Assembly (NCBI GenBank): GCA_050273025.1
Contig: CP158636.1
Location: 12,338,001 to 12,402,000 of the forward strand
DNA from: Cenococcum geophilum
Lineage: Eukaryota
DNA: 64,000 bases
Reading direction: 5' to 3'
Position 1 is the first letter of the stretch. Each line of letters starts with the position of its first letter. Shown in pieces: positions 53,397 to 64,000 of the stretch. A model generated the notes under the pieces. It did not search any database and was not told the DNA's origin. It was given only the letters and a program-made list of their open reading frames with translations. Position numbers and translations under genes: made by a program.

Positions 53397-54999
53397 TAAA
53401 CTTATTTCCCTACCTTTTTAAAGCTGCTTTACTGACTAGTTATAATATAAAGAATAAAATTATTAGCTTTTTTATTATTATATATCTAGTCTAGTTACTT
53501 AAGTGTACCTATTAGGACATCCATTATCCTATCTATAACTCTTTAGCTTCTTATATAATATTATAATAACTAACGTTTTAAGGCTTCTACTGTGGATTAT
53601 ACTTGTTTTTATATGCCTTGCTATTTATATCTTGCAATTTTATTTACTTAGTTAGTAGCGTAAATCTTATATCTCGTCTCGCTATATACCTTTTGTTCCA
53701 TTTCTTACTCTAAGTTTTATATTTCGTTCTACTGCCTATATTAAAGCTTATATCTTATCCTACTTCTTATATTAAGACTCGCATTCTATTCTATTTCTTA
53801 TATTACTCTTATATCGCTCTTATTAGAATCCGTTATTATCTTAAGTTAATACTATTAGCATACCTTCTTATTATAACTATTAGGATTATTTTATTGAATT
53901 ATTACTAATTATCTAATATATTATCCGCTCTACTGACTTTATAAATTACTCTATACTATTCTATATAAAACTTTTACCCGCTTATAAATATATAGGGTCC
54001 TTAACTATAATAGCGGCGCTATACCTAGACTCTAGTTAGTACTTAACTACTATAACTAATAAGAACTTATTATAAATAAGTGGTCTAAAGCTATAGTAAG
54101 GACTCGCGATTAACGAAAAAATATATAAAGAAATCCTCTAATACTATGCTAGCGAAATTAATAAAGCGTCTAGTAATAGGTTGCTAGCGTCTGGGCCCGT
54201 ATAAAATAGAGTTAAGTATATAGTCTTTAACCTTCTTAATACTAAGTATGGGTACGTGTTTAAAATATCCGATCTACTATCAGAGTTTAAAGCTTTCGCT
54301 ATCGCCGTTAAAAAATCTATATAGTAATACGTAACGACCAATAAATGTAAAGGCGTAGAGGTTATAATAGCTAATATTATTTTAAAGTATGGCGCCTTGT
54401 TTTCTAGAGAGTAGTCTATTTATTAAAGTTCTATAATAGCCAAATACTATACCTATACCATTCTATAAAATAAGCTTTGCTATATATAGTTATCTAGATA
54501 AAACGCTATTAAATAGGGCCCCTATTTCATACGGATTTGCATTAAAAACTAAGTATAAGTATTTATTATCCGATTCTCCAGAGAAAGTTAATATATATTA
54601 CTATAGATATAATAAGCTGTAGGCCATAATAAGTATAAACTTTTTAGCGGATAAATATAGGGATAGCTAGGCTATAGTAGATCTAATCACTAGTATACTA
54701 ATTCTTAACTATATAAACCTAGTATTTATAATACTTTCTATAAAGAAGGCTAGACTTAATATAATTATAATTAGAGTTAAAAATCCTAATCGGATTATAA
54801 AGCGTAAGAGACTTTATAATTTATATAAAATTGTATAATATTATATAGAGTTATTTAACGTATGTTTATAGGTATAAGATTTAATAAGAGTACTTCTAAG
54901 TCCAACTTTAACCCTAATATTACATAACCGGCACTAACTAGGAGAAGAATAGGTATATTTACCCTAGGTTAAAGTAGTTACAAGTAGTTAATTCTAGAG

Positions 55000-57720
55000 T
55001 TTATACTATCTATATCTAAGTAGTTAAATCTAAAGCCTACGTTAACCCTAAAGTCTATGCCACCTATACTTACTAGTGCATTATTAGCCGTACGGCCGGC
55101 TATAATTAAAACTGCTTATAGCTGGACCCGTAGTAGTAAAGACTAGCCCCTACTAGATAAATTAGAGCTTTTAAAAGGCGTAAATCTATATAAAGTATAA
55201 ATATTTAAGATAATGCTATAGGATAAAATAAAAGGATAGTATAATAAATGGCTAAAGTTTAATCGCGAAATGTATTATTTAAGGATATAAATAATAACCC
55301 TAACTTAATTTGTATTAGGGAAATTAATCTTAACCACATATAGGAGCGCCGCCACTTTAATACTTTAATTAACTCTATTTTAACTAATAAGGAACTAGAA
55401 GATAAGCATAAGGATAAAATTGAGGTTAATTAGGAAGTTAATTACCTAAAGGACGTATAAGAAGTATATATTAACCTAATACTATAAATAAAGGCGCTAC
55501 GGTTCCTCTCATTTCTATTAACTATTTATAACACTCTTTAAGACGCAACCTTCTACTTATATAGTATAAAAAAGGGTAAAGCTATATAGACATATTAGCT
55601 GCTTAGTATTACCTATACTCTTTATAATTATATAGCCCTAGGTAAAACCTTTTTCGCGGATATAATAGGTTTAGGTAAGATACTTTAAATGCTCTTAATC
55701 TAGTATACTAGCGTTTTAATAACCAAGATTAACCTTAACTAGCTTAATTAGAAAAATTAAAAAGATAGAGATAAAAGTCTCTACCTTACCCTTAGTATAA
55801 ATAAACACCCGCAGCCGCCTAACGCCCAATACCCGAGTTAAATAGATGGTATACTATAGTGCTATTATATTAAGGGAAGTATTACCAGAAATTTTCTTTA
55901 CTAGCTAGTAGGACTAACTATATATATTACTAGACAGAATCTATTACCCTAAGCAGTTAAAGATGTTAAATTATGGTTTAAAACCTTAGAACTAAATAAT
56001 TGTATTGCTAAAGGCAAACTATAAGTTTATATACGCCATTCGGCTTTTATTAGATTTAGTATAAAGAAGTACAATTTTATAGATAAAGATAAAGACATTC
56101 TTAAACCTATAAAATGCGAAAGAGAAGGCAAAAAGGTTTAATAAAAAATAGACCTAAGATCGGCTTTATATCTTATAATTATAATATTATAAACTTAGGC
56201 AACAACCTAGACCACTTAAGAATAGTATAAAACTATTTTTAATCTCTATAGAGATGGTGGTCCTTATTATATTATTAGTGGAATTCTTACTAACAAGTTC
56301 TATATAGATAGGTTAGAGATAGGTTATTTAATAAAAATGGCCAAATAAGTATATAATAATTAAGCAGTATTTCCTTACTTCTAACGCCTGGGCCTGTCTT
56401 ATAAGGACGGTAATAGTAAAATAGCCTACTATACCTCTTAACCTTTAATAGTGTTTACTTCCGGTATACTAACTAGCGAAGGTTTTATAAGTCTAATTTC
56501 TACCTTAAAAATTTTTAGGGCCCCTAATTAGGCGGATTGCATAAATATAAAATTAATTAATGATCGCAATATTAAAGCATTAATTAAATATAAAAAGCTA
56601 GGAGTAGCTAATTGCTCTTCTCTTCTAAATAAGGTTATTATAAGCTTTAAAAAATACTTCTCTTTAATTACAAAGATCTTAATTATATGCAGGATGGGGG
56701 AAGATTAATGGTTTAATAGGAGGGTAATTAATAAGCTACTACTGGTTGTTTACTAAGACTGCTATATAACAAACAATTTAATATTTAAACCGTATATTAA
56801 TAAGCTCTGGCGTAGAGTATCCCTAAATGCTTTTAAATAGCTAAATAAAGCTTTTAAACACTAGAAAGCTAAAGGAAGAAAAGGAGAAAAACCTGTCTTT
56901 AATATAAATTAATTTCTAAAAGGAGTTGGTCGCTTATTAAAAAAATTTACTATCTTTTTAGGCCTAGCTAAGGTAGGAGATAAGTGGTAGGATATATAGT
57001 GGAAGGATAAAGTAAAAGTTAAAATAAAACTAAGGTAAACAGTTAATGAGTTTTATAGCGAAAAATAGGATAAACCTTTAGACGAGAATCTACTTTAGAG
57101 GAATTAGAGTATAATTGCTAACTTTAGGAAACTAAAGCTAATTATAAAATACGTTAATAAAGTACTTAAAAGGAATCCTAATAAGAGACTACTATTTAGT
57201 AGTTACAAACTAGCAGCATATACGCTATTACGCCTTATAAGTTAGCTATTAGACTAGTAGTAAACTATTACTAATAATATAATATAGTATTTCTATAAAA
57301 GGCTTAGCCAGTTTAAATATTTAATTATTTACTAAATAAAGTCTAGGACATCCTTAAAAGACTAGAAGGATATCTATAAAGCGTTTTATATTTTAATAGG
57401 CGGTTCTTACTAAAGGGTTAAAGGAGAGGGTCTAAATTTAATCTCTATATATAGAGTCCATCTACTTAAACTGGCGATAACAGTAGATATAGAGGTGTAA
57501 GTGTTTAGCCAAGCTGCTAGATCTAGATAGTTAGCGCTAATAGTTACTATGTTAACAATATATAATACAGATAGGTAGAACCCAATTAATATGGTTATAT
57601 TAGTAAGGCGTATAATAACTAAAAGGATAACAATTAATAAGTTCTATAAGGTATTTAAAACCCAACCTACTTAGTAGGCTGATAATAATAGAATGGAAAT
57701 AGCGTAGCTAGTATAGTTGG
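55000..57720 (+). pseudogene. SNF2-family (SF2) helicase/ATPase pseudogene, RIPped; boundaries approximate
   Basis: Walker A-like FADIMGLGKTLQML (TTCGCGGATATAATAGGTTTAGGTAAGATA, ~55653); motif III-like ISGTP (~56274); C-terminal GEGLNL...RVHLLEP...EVQVFGRAARSGQ (~57423-57530); intron-like GTTAG...CTAAT...TAG at ~57241-57288. Motif II not confidently read. Confidence 0.7.
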
Positions 57721-57870
57721 AGCAGCAATCCCCTATAATAAGAGTGTGTCTTAGTATAATATATATATATATATAGATAATATACAACTATTTAATATTA
57801 TATAATATATTATCTTAGTATTAACTACTATATAGAAGTATAGGCTACCTTATATATAGTACTAATATTA

Positions 57871-58512
57871 CCCTATTAAAATACTTATAACTTAAGAACT
57901 ACTATAGTTATTTATATAAATTTTTAAATATGGCTTATTAAATAGTAATTTAAGCTTTTTATAAAATAAATTTAAAAATTTTTAAAGCTATTTCATATAT
58001 AGTTTTATTTTATATTTTATATTAAAATATAGTTTTAAAATACTTATAGCTTAATAACTATAATAGCTATTTATATAAAAAATTTAATATGGCTTACTAA
58101 TTAATATATTAAACTTTTAATATAATTAAAATAAAATACTATAAAATATTTTATAAAGAGTTTAACTTATTAATTAGTAAGCTATATTGGTTTTTATATA
58201 AATAGCTATTATAATTATTAAGCTATATGTTAACGACTTAGTTAATTAAGGCACGAGTATAATAAGAGGGATGCGTAAGCCTATATAATTGGTAGTTTAT
58301 AAACAAGGATTTAAAGCTAGAGAAAGGAAAGGAGACGGAGGGTAGCGCTACTTAACGTTATATATAATCCTTTAGTTAATATAAAATATAAAATAACTTT
58401 AAAATAAAGAATTTATATTTTATAAAAAGCTTAAATTACTATTTAATAAGCTATATTAAAAATTTTATATAAATAACTATAGTAGTTCTTAAGTATAAGT
58501 ATTTTAGTAGGG
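57871..58512. mobile_element. AT-rich foldback MITE with long TIRs and TA flanks
   Basis: TA|CCCTATTAAAATACTTATAACTTAAGAACTACTATAG... is inverted at ...CTATAGTAGTTCTTAAGTATAAGTATTTTAGTAGGG|TA over >100 bp; a second inner inverted pair lies at ~58046-58106 and ~58168-58227. Confidence 0.8.
58228..58357. repeat. Solo LTR-like insertion (130 bp) inside the MITE
   Basis: TGTTAACG...CTTAACG flanked by CTATA/TTATA (TSD with one transition); homologous to 32456-32588. Confidence 0.65.
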
Positions 58513-59149
58513 TAATATAAGGTAGGACCGTGCACGAGGTAGCCTATTCTAGAAAGTTTAAATTTAGTCTAGATTAATATTACTCTAGCTACTAACTACT
58601 TTAACACCTATTATGTAATTTAGCCTACCAACTCTTGTTTTTATATATATAAATAATTCCTATTAAGGTATATTCTCTTTACTAATAGATTATATATATA
58701 TGCTATCTTTATTATTCTAAAAGCCTAATTAATATATAAGAGGATCCTCCCGTTAGTGGTAGTTTTTAAAATCTTACTATCCTATATAAAAACTTTTTAC
58801 TACTGCCTATAACGTCTTAACAACTACTAGCTTCTACCTGTATACTATACAATGTCTATATAAAATCCCTAACGGCGAAGAAAAGCGTACCCTAGTTATT
58901 CTATTTAATTTACCTCCTGCCTTTTTCTATAGGTATAAGATATTAAATTAACCCATAATATAATGTTAACTAGAATAATTAGTAAACCTGGCTCTATTAA
59001 ATAAATATACTTAATAATAAGGACTAAAACCCCATTACTATTAAGCCTGTTATACTGTAAAATAAAAGGGCTATTATTAATATTAGTACGTTTTAAACGC
59101 ACTTTATTAGCCGGCACTAATAGATATAGGTTAATAGGCTATTTATTAC

Positions 59150-61397
59150 TATTGGTTTCACAGGGGGGTAGCCTATTAAGAGTATACTCTTATTCTAATG
59201 GTGTTGCAAATAGGTATCAAAAGCAGAGGATTATAAGGATCGTAGTGCCTAAGTAGGGGGCTAATAAGTCATTATAAGGATGACTAATCAGGGACATACG
59301 ACTACGCAATATACATTCTAACACTAGCAGTTCTTTCTTTATACGTAGAACAGCTATCCTAAGATACACAACCACGTAACCTCTATATATACACTCTAAC
59401 ACAACCTCTGTCTATATATTTTAACACTAGCAGTTCTTTCTTTATACTTATAGCGCTATAGGAAGGTAGTAGAAGTTAATTAGCTATAGGTAGGGCCGTA
59501 AAGGTAGGTTTATTTACTATAGGTAGAGTAGTAAGGTATTAGTTAGCTACAGGCAGAGCAGCTAGAGGTTAATTAGGTTACTATAGGTAGGAGCAGTAAA
59601 GGGTCTATTTGTTCGGGTAGTAGTATAATACTAGCGTTAAGTAGTAATAGCAGGTTAAGCGTTCGGAGCTTAGTTTATTAGCTAGTTAATAAATAATAGA
59701 TATATCAGTGCTATCGTAGGTTAATAAATCGCAGGCGTATTAGCGCAATTGGTATTATAATAGCAGGCATAGCGGCGCTATTAGTTTATTGATGGTATAT
59801 AGCAGTACGGTGCTATTATTAAGGGTTTATAGCTGCTATAAGGCGCCAGTAGATTTAAGAGGGTAAAGGATAAAAAGCGCGCTGGTGTTATAGGCGTGCT
59901 ATTAACATGATTTTTAACGTAGTAGAGCCACTAGGGTTATAGCAGAGTGTTAAGAATATAGGAATAGCGTGCTAGCAGAACCTTAAAAGTCTTTAACTTA
60001 TTTATAGCCGTTATCGCCGTAATTATTGCTATAGCTATTATTATCCTAATCCTCGCCTTCTAATTGGCCATTATTTTTATTATCGTCGTTAACTTCGTAG
60101 CTAAAATTAGGTTATTTATGGCTCTTAAAGGTCTCTTATTATTCTTATTTATTTAAAGGCTAAGACTAATTATTATTATTATTATATTAAACTAATCGTT
60201 AAAAGGCTTAAGGCTAAACTTAAGGCTGAACAAATGGAGGTTAAATTAAGTATTAAGATTATTACAAAGGTCAGCCGTATGCGTCTATATTTGGAGATTA
60301 TAAAGAAAGTAGAATAGGTAGACCTATATGTATCTAATCTTCTAGCGTTCCTAGAGGATTTAGAGGTTAAGGCCGTAGCTAAATATATTAAGATTATAGG
60401 GAAGCTTAATACTATAATTAAAGTTGCGAATATTATTAAAGATATAGGAAAGCTTAATTTACAGAATTTAGAGGAGGTTTATTTAGAGGTGCTTAATTTA
60501 TAGGCTAAGGTTCTAGATATAAGGTAGGTTCCTCTAGTAGTTTCTTCTCTAGGCAAGCTTATAAAGCGTCTATATAAGAGAAACCTCTCCTTAGTATATT
60601 AATAGGTACTCTATAGCTAACTAGAAGGTTGCGGAGATCTTATAGAGTAACTTAGTAAGCTAACTTAAACGTATTAATAGTATATCCCTTAAATCCTTCT
60701 TAAAATCTCTTCTAAATATTATCTTGTAAAGTACCCTTAAGCACTTATATCTGCCGCTTAATATAGTCGTTAACTTTAGAGGCTTATATCTTATATAAGG
60801 AAAAAGGCAAGGGCAAGCACTATTAAAGGCGAGCGCTGTTAAAGAAGGGAGGGCGAGGTATAAGAGGTAGGCTTCGTATCGTATCTACTAAGTTATATAG
60901 GTTTTAGATAAAGGGAGGACGGCTTTATATAAGAAAGCTAAGGGGAAATTAAAGACGCGTGGTTTTCTTTGTGTTTATATAAGGAAGCGAAGGTAATAAG
61001 CTTATAGTAAGCGTAATAGATATAGAATTAAGGGCGGGTGAGGCTGTTAATTCCTTAAATATCTTTTAGATTCTTTGCTTATATAAAGAGGAAAGAAAAT
61101 ATCTAATATTCCTTAGTATAAGGTAGTTCCGTAAGTTTATATAAGGAAGTCGCAGAGGCCTTATCTCTTCTAAAAAGACCTTATTAATCTATGGTATAAC
61201 CTATAAGGTTAACCATTAATTAATATCGGTTTTACAGGGGGGTGGCCTATTAAGAGTATACTTTTATTCTAATGGTATTACAAATAGGTATTAAAAGTAG
61301 AGGATTGTAAGGATTGTAGTGCCTAAGTAGGGGGCTGATAAGTTATTATAAGGATGACTAATTAGGGACATACGACTACGCAATATACATTCCAACA
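59150..61397 (-). mobile_element. Non-autonomous 2.25-kb LTR element, probably a GalEa/Copia derivative
   Basis: 174-bp LTRs 59150-59323 and 61224-61397; TSD ATTAC at 59145-59149 and 61398-61402; palindrome A|TTAATTAAT at the minus-strand 5' LTR boundary (hairpin-site-like); no pol motifs seen inside. Confidence 0.88.
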
Positions 61398-61679
61398 ATT
61401 ACTTTATATTTAACGGTTTTAAGAATAATAGGGTAAAATATACTGTTATTTATCGTGCTCTTACCGACTATAATATTTAATTTATTATAGGCTAGAAACT
61501 TAGCCTTAAAGATAAGCGAAAGGTAGACTTTTAGGATATATTAAATATATTATAGATAAAACCTTTATATAGCCTACCCGCATTAAAACACCTTAATAGC
61601 AGTACTATACTATTAGATTTTGCTATTAGGTATTAAAGTAACTAAGTAACCTTAAGTCTTCTCCTTATTGCCTAACCCT

Positions 61680-61955
61680 AAGCCTTATTACGTCGCTAAG
61701 ACTCTTATATTGTTAAGTTTTATTATATTGCCGCCAAGCCTCATTATATCGCTAAGCCTTATTATATCGCCATTAAGCCTTATTATATTACCGAGCCTTA
61801 TTATATTATTAAGTCTTATTACGCTACTAAGTCTTATTGCATCGCCGTTAAGCCTTATTATATTACTAAGCCTTATTGCATTATTAAGTCTTATTACGTT
61901 GCCAAGGTCTTATTACATTACCGTTAAGCCTTATTACGTTATTAAGCCCTATTGT
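61680..61955. repeat. Minisatellite, 18/21-bp unit AAGCCTTATTATATCGCC(GCC)
   Basis: Directly visible; produces the SLIILL ORF. Confidence 0.85.
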
Positions 61956-61969
61956 TTCGCCGCCGAGCC

Positions 61970-62040
61970 TCCTAGCTAGATTAGGTAATTAGATATCGCG
62001 AGTTTAACTCCTAAGCGTAGTAGGTTCGATTCCCACTTTA
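61970..62040 (+). other. Possible tRNA-derived fragment / Pol III B-box
   Basis: GTAGG-TTCGATT-CCCAC at 62020-62036 is a T-arm (GTGGG/CCCAC stem after one RIP change) with a GTTCGA B-box; no full cloverleaf could be built. Confidence 0.3.
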
Positions 62041-63179
62041 TATATATTAAAAATATTAAAAAAGAAGGTCATTTTCTATTAAATTAAGCGTTAGTAAAGC
62101 TCTAAATTAAGCTTATATTTTTATATGTGTCTTACAACGCCTAAAGTTATATATTTAACAAAATCTCAGCACTATATACTAAGTATATTAGCTCTTCCAC
62201 GCCGAGTTTTAATTACATTGGGCTAGCTCTAAATTAAAGTAAGAGGTAGAACGTACTATACTACTACACTATAAAGACTTTAGAATGTAATCTTATAAAT
62301 TTAACTAAATTATAACCCCTTTTTAAACCTTATAATCAAACCAGATCCTTAGAGAGAGATCCCTACATTAAATTTTAGGGAATATTTAGTGGCGACTTTA
62401 GATTAAATCTAAAGGCCTTAGAATATATCCGATCTAAAGCTTAAATCTAATTCTAATGTAATTATTTAGTTAATCTGGCGACTTTCTAATCTAAAAGCTC
62501 CTCTAGATTAGCAAGCGCGTTAAATTTATAAGCTATACCGTATATAGAATCTAAACTAAAGTCTTAGTATTAGTTTAAATTAGGAGCTTAAAGCTTATTT
62601 AGAGCCTTATAAAAGGATCGACTTAATTTTAGATTTTATATTTTAGTAAGTAGTTAATCTGCTATAGTCCAAAATCTTAATTGTTAGAAATTTGGGGTGT
62701 CTCTACCACTACGGTGGCAGAGGCACCTTAAGTTTAACACTACGCTAAGTATTATAACTTTCTTACAGTGACCGAGCAATCCTAAATTAAAGTAATTATA
62801 GAACTTACCATACTACTACCCGTAAAGGCCCTTAGTTATAGTCTTATAAATTTAATTAAAATATAAACACCTTCCTAAATCTTACGATTGAATATTTTTA
62901 TATATAGTATTATATCAAGGATTACGATACAGATTGCTTAGATATAGCTTTACTATAATATAACGGCTCTACGCCAATTAATTAATTTACGGCTCTGAAA
63001 TCTAGATCTATAATACTAAAAATAAGCTCCAAGCTACTAATTTTACACTAGTAGAATAAAACTTGGTAAGAGATTTGGGTAGTAAAATTACTACTAAGAG
63101 TTACTGCCTAGATTCTGGCCGATAAATACCTATAACTATAATCTTAGTAAATGGTAAAAAGTATATAGCAGTACTAAGA

Positions 63180-63365
63180 CAATAGTAGAACAATATAAAA
63201 TAATAATAGGACAATATAATATAATGGTAGGACAATAGTAGGACAATATAATATAATAACAGGATAATGGCAAGATAATGATAGAATAATATAATATAAT
63301 AGCAGAACAATGGTAGGATAATATAATATAATGGTAGGATAATAATAGGACAATATAAGATAATA
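63180..63365. repeat. Low-complexity tandem array (AATATAATAATGGTAGGA-like)
   Basis: Directly visible; produces the YYII-rich ORF 63101-63310. Confidence 0.75.
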
Positions 63366-63652
63366 TAAAAAAAATTATAAGATATAAAAAGAGGGAGCCC
63401 TAACGCTTTCTCTTCTTTTTACCCCTACGGCCTTAGCGCCTAATATAGTGTAATATCGTTTATCTATATAAGCGATAGTATTAAGGCGGTTACTTTAAGT
63501 AATATACCTAGATAACTAGTTTAGCGCATAGTTTGTATAATATATAATAATAATAGGGGGATCTCCTATTATTATATTGCTAAGTAATATCTTTAAAGCT
63601 ATGTTTTTCTAGTACCTAGAGGTCCTTAGATTATTATAAGACGCTTTATAAG

Positions 63653-64000
63653 TGTTGGAATGTATATTACGTAGTCGTATGTCCCTAATTAATCATCCTT
63701 ATAATAACTTATCAGCCCCCTACTTAGGCACTACAATCCTTACAATCCTCTGCTTTTAATACCTATTTATAACACCATTAAAATAAAAGTATACTCTTAA
63801 TAGGCCACCCCCCTGTAAAACCGATATTAATTAATAGTTAACCTTATAGGTTATACTATAGATTAATAAGGTCTTTTTAGAAGAGATAAGGCCTCTGCAA
63901 CTTCCTTATATAAACTTATAGAACTACCTTATGCTAAGGAATATTAGATATTTTCTTTTCTCCTTATATGAGTAAAGAATCTAAAAGATATTTAAGGAAT
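63653..64000 (+). mobile_element. Second copy (5' LTR 63653-63826 plus leader) of the 59150-61397 family, running off the window
   Basis: Reverse complement of ~61050-61397, including the LTR TGTTGGAATG...CCGATA and the following TTAATTAAT. Confidence 0.92.

Noticed and set aside
32456..58357. The two 130-bp repeats as paired LTRs of one 26-kb element
   Set aside because: Outer flanks (TATAC vs TTATA) do not match as a TSD, and the right copy has its own near-TSD inside a MITE.

Overview
This window is AT-rich fungal (filamentous ascomycete-type) heterochromatin made almost entirely of nested transposable elements. Repeat-induced point mutation (RIP) has degraded them: C>T/G>A transitions at CpA and often CpG, and TAA/TAG stops in every frame. 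I can support no intact protein-coding gene; the supplied ORFs come from tandem repeats or are fragments. From left to right: (1) a Tad-like LINE (minus) interrupted by a full-length GalEa-type Copia element (495-6798, TSD TTTAG) and by a 2.4-kb tandem-repeat-rich non-autonomous TIR element (6938-9366); (2) two divergently oriented copies of one Gypsy family (13479-17831, truncated and carrying a RIPped TRIM at 15903-17346; and 20420-28166, complete, TSD ATAAC); (3) a related TIR element (18601-20102); (4) a MITE and an un-RIPped 917-bp TRIM with identical 174-bp LTRs (30612-31528); (5) a Gypsy nested in a Gypsy (37108-43110 inside 34175-45290); (6) a Plavaka/CACTA-like DNA transposon starting at 45291, whose other end is not in the window, containing a second copy of the non-autonomous element (48635-51208) and followed by a RIPped SNF2-family helicase gene; (7) a foldback MITE with a solo LTR; (8) a non-autonomous GalEa-like LTR family in two copies. 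The most notable points are the young TRIM with a Tf1-type self-priming signal, the Plavaka family with modular non-autonomous partners and possible SNF2 cargo, and a palindrome plus decamer module shared by Copia and Gypsy elements. Protein motifs were read by eye after mentally reversing RIP transitions, and internal domain coordinates are approximate. Several stretches (17832-18598, 28172-30045, 31534-34174, 51211-55000, 61403-63652) are RIPped but unclassified.
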